A DNA stretch of 33,547 nt from the NCBI GenBank assembly GCA_040902005.1, contig JBBDYA010000015.1, positions 12,922 through 46,468 of the forward strand, written 5' to 3'. The DNA is from Gemmatimonadaceae bacterium. GTDB lineage: Bacteria; Gemmatimonadota; Gemmatimonadetes; Gemmatimonadales; Gemmatimonadaceae. This document shows positions 9,801-16,477 of this stretch, one piece after another (the stretch's first letter is position 1; each line of letters starts with the position of its first letter). The notes beneath the pieces are model-generated. The model was not told where the DNA came from and made no database searches. It was given only the letters and a program-made list of their open reading frames with translations. Position numbers and translations under genes: made by a program.

Positions 9801-9980
9801 CGCGCCGACGCCCGCGGCAAGTTGCGCGTTGCGTGCGTCGTTCACGCCCAGCCACGCGCGGGTCTGTGCGTCTACGTCAACCGGGGCGGAGAAGAGTCCG
9901 GTGGCGCACAACAGGTCGGCCAGCCCGGCCGGGGAACTCGCGGCGGACAGGAGCGTTGCGGCGGCGCGTTGTGTGAGCAC
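6855..9980 (-). CDS. Large N6-adenine DNA methyltransferase (Eco57I/type IIG- or DrmMI-like architecture) with C-terminal target-recognition region
   Basis: GAFYTP, VLDPACGSGAFL (motif I), IFGVDRDP..V.LCELRLWL, LPNLDRNIRAGDSL, VLGNPPWVR (motif IV), C-terminal LNTCY..ALLNS; 1041 aa. Confidence 0.9.
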   Translation of the reverse strand: MLTQRAAATLLSAASSPAGLADLLCATGLFSAPVDVDAQTRAWLGVNDARNAQLAAGVGATRVLVVRAQGATPLRDLLQRIATRLGTRAPHVLWILAAVDAAGATAGIAAWPNGARAPRLACFVWEPGHILASDAETLCALTTARAEHDVELHTHWLDVLGRDALTRRFYRVLESEVNALGLSLPAAIAPDDARAAALLYASRLLFLCFLEAKGWLNGDRGFLAGRFDECMRGGGGFHRGVLLPLFFGTLNTPPSRRAGGARQLGRIPFLNGGLFARTPLERRLGGFCFPDERLGSLLQQVFQRFRFVAREDSALWSEASVDPEMLGRAFECLMAPAERRSSGAFYTPHALVARVADSALHALPAQDMASVHAMRSLRVLDPACGSGAFLVHVLERLAARRVELGDPASISEVRRDVLTRSIFGVDRDPTAVWLCELRLWLSVVIECGETDPLRVTPLPNLDRNIRAGDSLVGAAFRPTDVPAPGGRHLLLLRERYVRATGTRKRTLARALDREERRRAIAHADREIAAAHHARRELLTAQRGRDLFGERAVLAAESRRESKRLRDALRALRGDRRRLADGGALPFSFPACFADAHGAGGFHVVLGNPPWVRLHRIPGALRQQFRQTYDVFRAAPWASGASGANAARGFASQVDLAALFAERSVRLLRPGGIASLLLPVKLWHSLSAGGLRQYLSERTSVLRLEDLSESRHAFDAAVYPSLLVSRSERPSAAAVHVAVHDREGSRQWRAALHTLAFDESPGAPWVVLPPDARAAFDRLRRSGTALAASLFGAPRLGVKSGCNAAFLVRLANATRDIATVAGSDGEKGKVELSLLRPALRGDAVTPWQRRPCDEWILWTHDERGPLARLPDRARAWLRPYYGELTARSDSRGRRWWALFRVDAADASASRVVWADFGRRPRALVLAPHDPTVPLNTCYVVRCADPCDAWALAALLNSRLVARWLNALAEPARGGYRRYLGWTVGQLPVPRDWPRARQVLAAAAMEARGASPADTDAEERLLEATMAAYGLDRRDVAALLDAR

Positions 9981-10066
9981 GCGCCGACGCTACGCGTCAC
10001 CGCCGGCGCGTCCGTCACCATGCGAACGCCGCCATGGCCAAAGTCACGCACGCACCGTACAACGCG

Positions 10067-10099
10067 CGACGAGGCGCCCGGTCATCGGGCGCCTCGTCG
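10067..10099 (-). terminator. Perfect 14-bp stem-loop, probable terminator of the upstream small stress gene
   Basis: CGACGAGGCGCCCG-gtcat-CGGGCGCCTCGTCG, about 20 bp downstream of the stop at 10121; U-tract is weak. Confidence 0.6.
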
Positions 10100-10120
10100 G
10101 TGTTCCGTGCCTGGTGACGG

Positions 10121-10459
10121 CTAGCGCTTGCTGCTGCCGTAGCCTTCCGAAGAACCGCGGTCGCGGCTCCCGTCGCCCTGCTGGCGACCGGGATTCGACT
10201 CGCCATTCCCGCCTTCGCGACCAGCGCCGCCCATCCCGCCTTTGCGGTTCTGCTCGTCGCCGCTCTTCTCGGTGCGGTTGCGGTCGCCGCCGCTCGTTCC
10301 GTCGTTCTCCGTCTCGGAGTCCGATTCCGTGTCGGTGCTCGACCCGCTCATGCCGCTGTCGCGATCCAGTCCTGACTCGTCGTTCAGGTCCTGATTGCTG
10401 GAACGGTCGGAGCTTCCGAGGTCTCTCGAATTGCCCAGGTTGTTATTGCGATCGGCCAT
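10121..10459 (-). CDS. Small hydrophilic, intrinsically disordered (hydrophilin-like) protein
   Basis: GGAGG RBS before ATG 10459; 112 aa dominated by G/S/D/E/N/R, with almost no hydrophobic residues. Confidence 0.75.
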   Translation of the reverse strand: MADRNNNLGNSRDLGSSDRSSNQDLNDESGLDRDSGMSGSSTDTESDSETENDGTSGGDRNRTEKSGDEQNRKGGMGGAGREGGNGESNPGRQQGDGSRDRGSSEGYGSSKR

Positions 10460-10520
10460 TGTGTGTCCTCCACTAGGTTGGCTTTGCCGCGCGAACATCG
10501 CGGGCTCAGTCGTACACGGG

Positions 10521-10535
10521 GCAGAACGGGTGCCA
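10521..10535 (-). promoter_or_regulatory. Putative sigma54-type -24/-12 promoter
   Basis: Minus-strand TGGCAC-CCGTT-CTGC (GG-N10-GC), about 60 bp upstream of the hydrophilin start. Confidence 0.45.
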
Positions 10536-10595
10536 TCGTCATCACGCGTTTACGATTGACCGCATGCGTTTGCTTCCGTACGTTGCCGCGCCTCG

Positions 10596-11501
10596 ATGCG
10601 ACCGTACTCACCCATTCCCGCCGGCGCCCGCGTGGCGCTCATCGCGCCCGCGGGACCGCTCCGATTGCCGGCCGATCTCGATCGCGCGCTGGCGAACGCA
10701 AAAACGCTCGACTGGGAACCGGTCGTGGCCGATCACGTGCGCGAACGCGCGGGATATCTCGCCGGCAGTGATGCCGACCGTCTTGCCGACCTGAATGCCG
10801 CGCTGAACGACGACAGCATCGACGCGGTGTGGTGCCTGCGCGGGGGCTACGGCGCCATGCGTCTGCTCGCTGGCATCGACTATGACGCGCTGCGCCGCCG
10901 CCCCAAGGCGATCATCGGCTACTCGGACATCACCGCGGTGCTGTGCGCCCTCCAGACGCAGTGCGGCCTGTCCGGAATTCACGGACCCACCGCCCGCGCG
11001 AAGCTCACTCCGTTCGCGGAGCGCTCGCTGCGCGCGGCCGCGAGCGGCGGCGATCCGTGCGGCGTGGTGAGCGGTGCCCGGACGCTCGTCCCCGGGAGCG
11101 CGCGTGGTACGCTCATCGGCGGCAACCTTGCGCTCCTGTGCGCGGTGCACGGTACGCCGTACCAGCCGGACTACAACGGCGCGATCCTGGTGCTGGAGGA
11201 CGTGAACGAAGCGTCGTACCGCATCGAGCGCATGCTGATGCAACTGCGCCTGTCCGGCGACCTGCAGCGCTGCGCCGCCATCGCGTTCGGTTCGTTCACC
11301 AACACCGGCGACAGCGAGGACAAGGGACTCGGAGGAACCCGCAGCGTGGCCGCTGTCATCAAGGAAGCCGCCGTGGCCGTGGGCGTTCCGTCCCTCGCTG
11401 GCGTGCCGGTCGGCCATATTGATGATCAGTGGAGCCTGCCGCTCGGCCAGCACGCGGAGCTGGACGCGAATGAAAAACGTCTCACCATCCTCTGGACATG
11501 A
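10596..11501 (+). CDS. LD-carboxypeptidase (peptidase S66, LdcA/MccF family)
   Basis: VALIAPAG, CLRGGYGA, IIGYSDIT (catalytic Ser), GTLIGGNL, ILVLEDVNE, PVGH. Confidence 0.9.
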   Translation: MRPYSPIPAGARVALIAPAGPLRLPADLDRALANAKTLDWEPVVADHVRERAGYLAGSDADRLADLNAALNDDSIDAVWCLRGGYGAMRLLAGIDYDALRRRPKAIIGYSDITAVLCALQTQCGLSGIHGPTARAKLTPFAERSLRAAASGGDPCGVVSGARTLVPGSARGTLIGGNLALLCAVHGTPYQPDYNGAILVLEDVNEASYRIERMLMQLRLSGDLQRCAAIAFGSFTNTGDSEDKGLGGTRSVAAVIKEAAVAVGVPSLAGVPVGHIDDQWSLPLGQHAELDANEKRLTILWT

Positions 11502-11851
11502 AGACCTACCAGGACCTGCTGTCGGACAAGAAGGCCCGCGTGCAAGAAGTCTCGGTGAAGGACGCCGCCGCCCTGCGCCACACCACGGGCGACGCCGTGT
11601 TCCTCGATGTGCGTGACCCGCAGGAGTACAACCTGGGCAAGATTCCCGGGGCGGTCACGATCTCGCGCGGCAACCTGGAGAAGAACGTGGAAGGGCAGGT
11701 GCCACGGGAGAAAACGGTGATCGTCTACTGCGCCAACGGCAGCCGGTCGGCGTTCGCCGCGGACACGCTGCGCGAGATGGGATACGAGCACGTGCGCTCG
11801 CTGCGCGAAGGGTTCAGCGGTTGGGTGGCGGAGGGCGGCGAGGTCGAGTGA
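11498..11851 (+). CDS. Rhodanese-like domain protein
   Basis: FLDVRDPQEY..GKIPGA, VIVYCANGSRS, SLREGFSGW; ATGA overlap with the upstream gene. Confidence 0.9.
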   Translation: MKTYQDLLSDKKARVQEVSVKDAAALRHTTGDAVFLDVRDPQEYNLGKIPGAVTISRGNLEKNVEGQVPREKTVIVYCANGSRSAFAADTLREMGYEHVRSLREGFSGWVAEGGEVE

Positions 11852-11864
11852 CACCCCGGGCCCG

Positions 11865-12470
11865 GTGACGCTCGACGACCTGCTTGGGCATCCCGAGCTC
11901 ACACGCCTTGCCCAGGCGCTGCAACGAACGCCTGGCGCAACGTTGCCCGCCGATCCGCCAATCCGGCGCGCCGCCATCGCCCTGGTGCTCCGGATGGGCG
12001 CGCTGCGCGAGCCCGAGCTGCTGATGATCAAGCGCGCCGAGATGGAGCGGGATCCGTGGAGCGGACAGGTGGCGTGTCCCGGCGGCCGGGAGGAGCCGTC
12101 CGATCGGGACCTGGCGGAGACCGCCATGCGCGAGACCTGGGAGGAAACCGGCATCGACCTCGCGCGCACCGGGCGCCTCCTCGGCACCCTGGACGACATC
12201 AGTCCGCGCACGCCGGTGCTGCCGCCCATCCTCATCCGGCCATTCGTGGCAGCCGTGCCGTCGTCCATCGAGATCGTGCAGAGCACCGAGGTGGCCGCGG
12301 CGTTCTGGGTGCCGCTGCGCGCGCTGCGGCAGTCCGCCGCATGGGGAACCGGAACGGTGCAGGTGCGCGGGGTTTCCCGCGAGGTCAGCACCTTCACGCA
12401 CGGCGAGTACCTGGTGTGGGGACTTACCGAACGCGTGCTGCGCCAGCTGCTCGACCGGATGGCGGAGTAG
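11865..12470 (+). CDS. Nudix hydrolase, CoA pyrophosphatase (NudL/Pcd1-like)
   Basis: LLMIKRA..WSGQVACPGG, Nudix box GGREE..D..LAETAMRETWEETGI, C-terminal VWGLT. Confidence 0.88.
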   Translation: MTLDDLLGHPELTRLAQALQRTPGATLPADPPIRRAAIALVLRMGALREPELLMIKRAEMERDPWSGQVACPGGREEPSDRDLAETAMRETWEETGIDLARTGRLLGTLDDISPRTPVLPPILIRPFVAAVPSSIEIVQSTEVAAAFWVPLRALRQSAAWGTGTVQVRGVSREVSTFTHGEYLVWGLTERVLRQLLDRMAE

Positions 12471-12657
12471 TGCGTCCGCGCGCGCCACGGCCTGTCCGGG
12501 CGCCGGCGCGGCATTCGCGATTGTGCCGGCTGCCCACGCGGCTATTATGGTACGGCGACGCGGCGCCACACTGCCGCCGCACACCTTCCGCGAGTGGGCG
12601 TTCGATGGACAAGCGCTTCCTGGTGCCGCTCCAAAACCCGGTGCACGACGGCGTGAC

Positions 12658-13383
12658 ATGAGTGCGGCCCGCGTGGTCAAGCCGGCGCCGGAGCTCACCG
12701 CGCCCGTGGAGGATTACCTCAAGGCCATCTACGAGCTGGAGCGCTCAGGCGAAGCCGCGGAGACGAACGCCATCGCCCGCCTCCTCGCCATCGCGCCCGC
12801 GTCCGTAAGCGGGATGGTGCGCCGGCTCGCGGCACAGGGACTCATCACGCACGAGCGGTATCATGGCGCGCGGCTTACCGCGGCCGGCCGGCGCGCCGCG
12901 CTGCGCACCATCCGCCGTCACCGGGTGATCGAGTCCTATCTGACCTCCGCACTCGGATATTCCTGGGACCGGGTGCACGACGAGGCGGAGCGCCTGGAGC
13001 ACGCCGCGTCCGACGAGCTGATCGATCGCATGGCCGCGGCGATCGGCGAGCCCGAGACCGACCCGCATGGCGCGCCGATCCCCACGCGCGAGGGGCGCGT
13101 GCAGGAGGAGCGCACGCTGGTGCCGCTCGGCACGCTGGAGCCCGGCACGTGGGCCCGCGTGGAGCGGGTGAGTGACGAAAGCGCCGAGCGACTCCGCTAC
13201 TTCGCTGAGCTCGGCGTGGTTCCTGGGGCGGTGGTGCAGGTCATCGGGCGCGAGCCGTTCGACGGGCCCATCGCCCTGCTCGTGCAGGACACCGAGCGCA
13301 GCGTTGGCCCGCCGCTCGCGGCGCTGGTGCTGGTCGCGCCGGTTCCGCCCCCGCTGGCAAAGCGCGCGCGCTCCAGCCGCTGA
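12658..13383 (+). CDS. DtxR/MntR-family metal-dependent transcriptional regulator with C-terminal FeoA-like domain
   Basis: EDYLKAIYEL, PASVSGMVRRL (HTH), RRHRVIESYL, VHDEAERLEH, DPHGAPIP, LRYFAELGVVPG. Confidence 0.93.
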   Translation: MSAARVVKPAPELTAPVEDYLKAIYELERSGEAAETNAIARLLAIAPASVSGMVRRLAAQGLITHERYHGARLTAAGRRAALRTIRRHRVIESYLTSALGYSWDRVHDEAERLEHAASDELIDRMAAAIGEPETDPHGAPIPTREGRVQEERTLVPLGTLEPGTWARVERVSDESAERLRYFAELGVVPGAVVQVIGREPFDGPIALLVQDTERSVGPPLAALVLVAPVPPPLAKRARSSR

Positions 13384-13398
13384 CGGCGCGGAGCTTGC
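13384..13398 (+). promoter_or_regulatory. Putative sigma54-type -24/-12 promoter
   Basis: CGGCGC-GGAGC-TTGC (GG-N10-GC) upstream of the GGAGG RBS at 13424. Confidence 0.4.
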
Positions 13399-13433
13399 GC
13401 CTCGATGGTGCAACGGCACCTATGGAGGCACGT

Positions 13434-13823
13434 GTGGCGCACCGGGTTCCCATCGATCCTGACAAGGGAGTGAACGACCTCGTCCGGCAGCTCGCGGATG
13501 ATTCCAGGCGCCTGCTTCGCGACGAGCTGCGGCTGGCCAGGATCGAGACGTCCGAGAACATGCATCGCGCGGGACGTGGCGTGGTGTGGCTGGGGCTCGC
13601 GTTCGGCGTCGGCGTCGTCATGCTCGTGGCGCTCACGCTCTTTTCAGTCACGGCGATCGGTCGGGTAGCCGGCGGTCACTACTGGGTGGGCGCAATGGTC
13701 ACCGCCGCAATCGAGATCGCCATAGGGATCTGGTTGCTGAAGCAGGGCGCGGACACCTTTGGAGATGCGCCGTATTCCATGCCGGAAACGCGGAGCGCGC
13801 TCAGGATCATTCGCAATTCCTAA
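13434..13823 (+). CDS. Phage-holin-family (DUF1469/YqjE-like) small membrane protein
   Basis: GVNDLVRQLADDSRRLLRDELRLARIE followed by two TM helices and PYSMPETR; GGAGG 5 nt before GTG 13434 (alternative ATG at 13422). Confidence 0.8.
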   Translation: MAHRVPIDPDKGVNDLVRQLADDSRRLLRDELRLARIETSENMHRAGRGVVWLGLAFGVGVVMLVALTLFSVTAIGRVAGGHYWVGAMVTAAIEIAIGIWLLKQGADTFGDAPYSMPETRSALRIIRNS

Positions 13824-13919
13824 GTACATCCGCGACTATCCGCTGGTTTCCGCGACATCCGCGATGAAAGCTCGGCGCCCTCTTGCGCGGTCGCCACATG
13901 ACGTGGTGCGCCAGCTTCC

Positions 13920-14417
13920 CTAGCCAGTTGCAGCCGCTCGGCGGTCCGGTGTGTCCGGGCGCGTGCGCTGTCGCCGCTCCTTGCCCCGCTCGAACCCCAC
14001 GGCGCACAAGCGGCGAACAGAATCCCAGCCACCCGGCGCCAGTTCGCGATTGCCCCACGCGCGCGCAAGGTCCGGTTCCACCTCTTCGAAGCGGCGGTCG
14101 GCGTAGTCCGGATTCGCCGCGGCGACGTCGCCGAGGTAGTACGCCCCGCGCACGTCGTCGTAGCTCCAGTCGGGGTGTGGCTCGCGCTCCAGGTCCGCCC
14201 GATAGAATGCGTCATCCTCATCGGTGATGCCCTCCGCCGCCTCCACCAGCGCGCGGCCGCTCCACCACCCGCCGATCGCTCCCGCGATGCCGCCCAGCAG
14301 CACGCCGATTGGTCCCGCGATGGTGCCGATTGCGGCGCCCGCGAGCATACCCGTGATGCCGCCGGCCGCCTGTCCGGCGTGATCTGCGGCGCCGGGACCG
14401 TTTCGCTCGCTGCTCAT
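13920..14417 (-). CDS. Hypothetical protein with N-terminal glycine zipper
   Basis: AGGITGMLAGAAIGTIAGPIGVLLGGIAGAIGG followed by an acidic soluble domain (SYDDVRGAYYLG, FEEVEPDLARAW). Confidence 0.75.
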   Translation of the reverse strand: MSSERNGPGAADHAGQAAGGITGMLAGAAIGTIAGPIGVLLGGIAGAIGGWWSGRALVEAAEGITDEDDAFYRADLEREPHPDWSYDDVRGAYYLGDVAAANPDYADRRFEEVEPDLARAWGNRELAPGGWDSVRRLCAVGFERGKERRQRTRPDTPDRRAAATG

Positions 14418-14430
14418 GACGCCGTATCAA

Positions 14431-14445
14431 GCAAGGGATGGACCG
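14431..14445 (-). promoter_or_regulatory. Putative sigma54-type -24/-12 promoter
   Basis: Minus-strand CGGTCC-ATCCC-TTGC ending 13 nt before ATG 14417. Confidence 0.35.
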
Positions 14446-14495
14446 TCCGGGTGATCGCTTGACATTCAATCGGCGCCGCAACCGATTGCATCATC

Positions 14496-15305
14496 ATGCC
14501 CTCCCCAATCCGACTCGGCACGCAAGGTTGGAACTACGACGCGTGGGTCGGCCCCTTCTATCCCGACGGAACGCGCGCGGTGGATTTCCTCGCCGTCTAC
14601 TCGCGTGCCTTCGACACCGTGGAGGTGGATTCCACCTTCTACGCGATACCGCCGGAGCGGACGATTCGCGGATGGGCGCAGCGCACGCCACCGGGTTTTC
14701 TGTTCGCCCTCAAGATGCCGCGGGAGATCACGCACGAGCGACGCTTCCGCGAGGCGGACGACGTGGCGAAGGAGTTCTACGATCGCGCGCGGGAGCTGGG
14801 GGACAAACTCGGGCCGGTGCTCATCCAGCTGGGTCGGGACTTTCGGGAGAACGAGCTGCCCGCGATCGCGAAGTTCCTGCCCACGCTGCCGGATGATATT
14901 GCGTTTGCCATCGAGTTCCGCGACCGGAGCTGGATGCATGACGGCGTGATCGCGCTGCTCGCCGAGCACAATGTCTCGCTCGCGCTCACGGACGCGCGTT
15001 GGATTCCGCGCAAGCAGATGCTCGCGCTGGCCGACCGGCCCACCGCGGACTTCTCGTACGTCCGATGGATGGGCACCGACCGGGACATCGTGGACTATTC
15101 GCGGACACAGATCGACCGGTCGCGCGAGCTCGAGTTGTGGTCCGGCGTGGTCTCCCAGCTCGCCGCGCGCGGTCGAACGGTCTACGGTTACGCCAACAAC
15201 CACTTCGCCGGCCATTCGCCCGCCTCCGTCCGCGAGCTGCAGCGCCTGCTGGACCTCGCGCCGGTGGATCCCGGGCAACTCGGCGAACAGATGACGCTCT
15301 TCTGA
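14496..15305 (+). CDS. DUF72 (YecE-like) TIM-barrel protein
   Basis: RLGTQGW, VEVDSTFY, FALKMPREITH, KLGPVLIQL, AIEFRDRSW, YANNHFAGH. Confidence 0.9.
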   Translation: MPSPIRLGTQGWNYDAWVGPFYPDGTRAVDFLAVYSRAFDTVEVDSTFYAIPPERTIRGWAQRTPPGFLFALKMPREITHERRFREADDVAKEFYDRARELGDKLGPVLIQLGRDFRENELPAIAKFLPTLPDDIAFAIEFRDRSWMHDGVIALLAEHNVSLALTDARWIPRKQMLALADRPTADFSYVRWMGTDRDIVDYSRTQIDRSRELELWSGVVSQLAARGRTVYGYANNHFAGHSPASVRELQRLLDLAPVDPGQLGEQMTLF

Positions 15306-16477
15306 TGACGATCGCCGTCCGGCGCACGACACCCAAGTACGCCACTCGCGCGCTGGAGACCGACGCGGGAGCGCCCCCATTCCCCTGGCACGCCCCCGCC
15401 GTGGTGTTCGGCGCGGTCTGCGTCATGGTCGGCGTCTACTGGGACATTTCCTGGCACATGACCATCGGCCGCGACTCCTTCTGGACGCCGGCACACTTGC
15501 TGATCCAGGCGGGAGGGCTGATCGCCGGGCTCACGTCGGGGTACGTGGCGTTGCGCACGACGTTCGGCGGGAGCGCCGCGGCGCACGATTCGTCGGTGGC
15601 GTTCTGGGGGTTCCGGGCGCCCCTCGGCGCGTGGGTCTGCATGTGGGGATGTCTCGCCATGCTCGCGTCCGCGCCCTTCGACAACTGGTGGCACAACGCG
15701 TACGGCCTGGACGTGCGCATCATCAGCCCGCCGCACACCGTCCTCGCGGCGGGCATCGCGGCCATCGGCGTGGGTGCGCTGCTCCTGTCGCTCGCGTGGC
15801 AGAACCGCGCCGGCCCCCATCAGCGCCGCGCGATGTGGCTCCTCATCGTGGCAGGTGCGTTGTTGCTCATGGATCGCGCGATCATGCTCACGGAGTACAG
15901 CTTCAAGAACCTGATGCACGGCGGGTCGTACTACCGTCTGAGTCTCCTTGCGTATCCGATGGCCATCGTGATGATGGCGCGCGCGTCGCGGCTCCGGTGG
16001 GCGGGAACGCTCACCGCCGCGGTGTTCATGGGCATCATGCTGGTGCTGATGTGGGTCATCCAGCTCTTTCCGGCCACGCCCAGGCTGGGGCCCATCTATC
16101 AGCCCATCACGCACATGGTGGCCATGGCGTTTCCGGCGCTGATCGTGATCCCCGCGCTCGGCACCGACTACCTGATGCAGCGTCTTCGGGCGAGGCCGCT
16201 GATCCTCGCGCCGATCCTCTCCGCCGTGTTCCTGGTGCTCTTCATCGCCGCACAGTGGCCGTTTGCCTCGTTCCTCATGACCGAAGGCGCGCGGAACTGG
16301 TTCTTCAACGCCGAGAACTTCGTGTACTGGATGTCTCCGGCCGGCGTCGAATGGAGCCGCACCTTCGCCTCGTCGTCCGACCTCGGGCTCGAGCTTGCCC
16401 ACGCGTGGGTGGGCGGCGCTATCTCGGCGTATCTCGGCCTCTGGTTCGGCACCTGGATGACGCGGGTGCGGCGATGA
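15305..16477 (+). CDS. Polytopic membrane metalloprotein; PmoC/AmoC-like N-terminal half apparently fused to a PmoA/AmoA-like C-terminal half
   Basis: ATG overlaps the DUF72 stop (TGATG); 390 aa, roughly 9-10 hydrophobic segments; WDISWHMTIGRDSFWTPAH and FDNWWHNAYGLDVRIISPPH motifs. The gene itself is secure; the family assignment is from motif recall. Confidence 0.7.
   Translation: MTIAVRRTTPKYATRALETDAGAPPFPWHAPAVVFGAVCVMVGVYWDISWHMTIGRDSFWTPAHLLIQAGGLIAGLTSGYVALRTTFGGSAAAHDSSVAFWGFRAPLGAWVCMWGCLAMLASAPFDNWWHNAYGLDVRIISPPHTVLAAGIAAIGVGALLLSLAWQNRAGPHQRRAMWLLIVAGALLLMDRAIMLTEYSFKNLMHGGSYYRLSLLAYPMAIVMMARASRLRWAGTLTAAVFMGIMLVLMWVIQLFPATPRLGPIYQPITHMVAMAFPALIVIPALGTDYLMQRLRARPLILAPILSAVFLVLFIAAQWPFASFLMTEGARNWFFNAENFVYWMSPAGVEWSRTFASSSDLGLELAHAWVGGAISAYLGLWFGTWMTRVRR

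Noticed and set aside
4666..9980. Complete DISARM or BREX system
   Set aside because: No drmA/drmB/drmC, pglZ or brxC in the window.
7200..10124. 974-aa plus-strand ORF, and other long antisense ORFs such as 1370-3451, 18759-20567 and 15188-16402
   Set aside because: Shadow ORFs opposite motif-supported genes; expected at this GC content; Arg/Ala/Gly-rich with no recognisable domains.
12471..12657. DtxR/MntR operator or metal riboswitch upstream of the regulator
   Set aside because: No AT-rich DtxR-type palindrome or yybP-ykoY features seen; only a weak TTGTGC-N16-TATTAT promoter candidate.
13434..13823. Prophage suggested by the holin-family gene
   Set aside because: No endolysin, structural or integrase genes; this family is common as a chromosomal stress-associated membrane protein.
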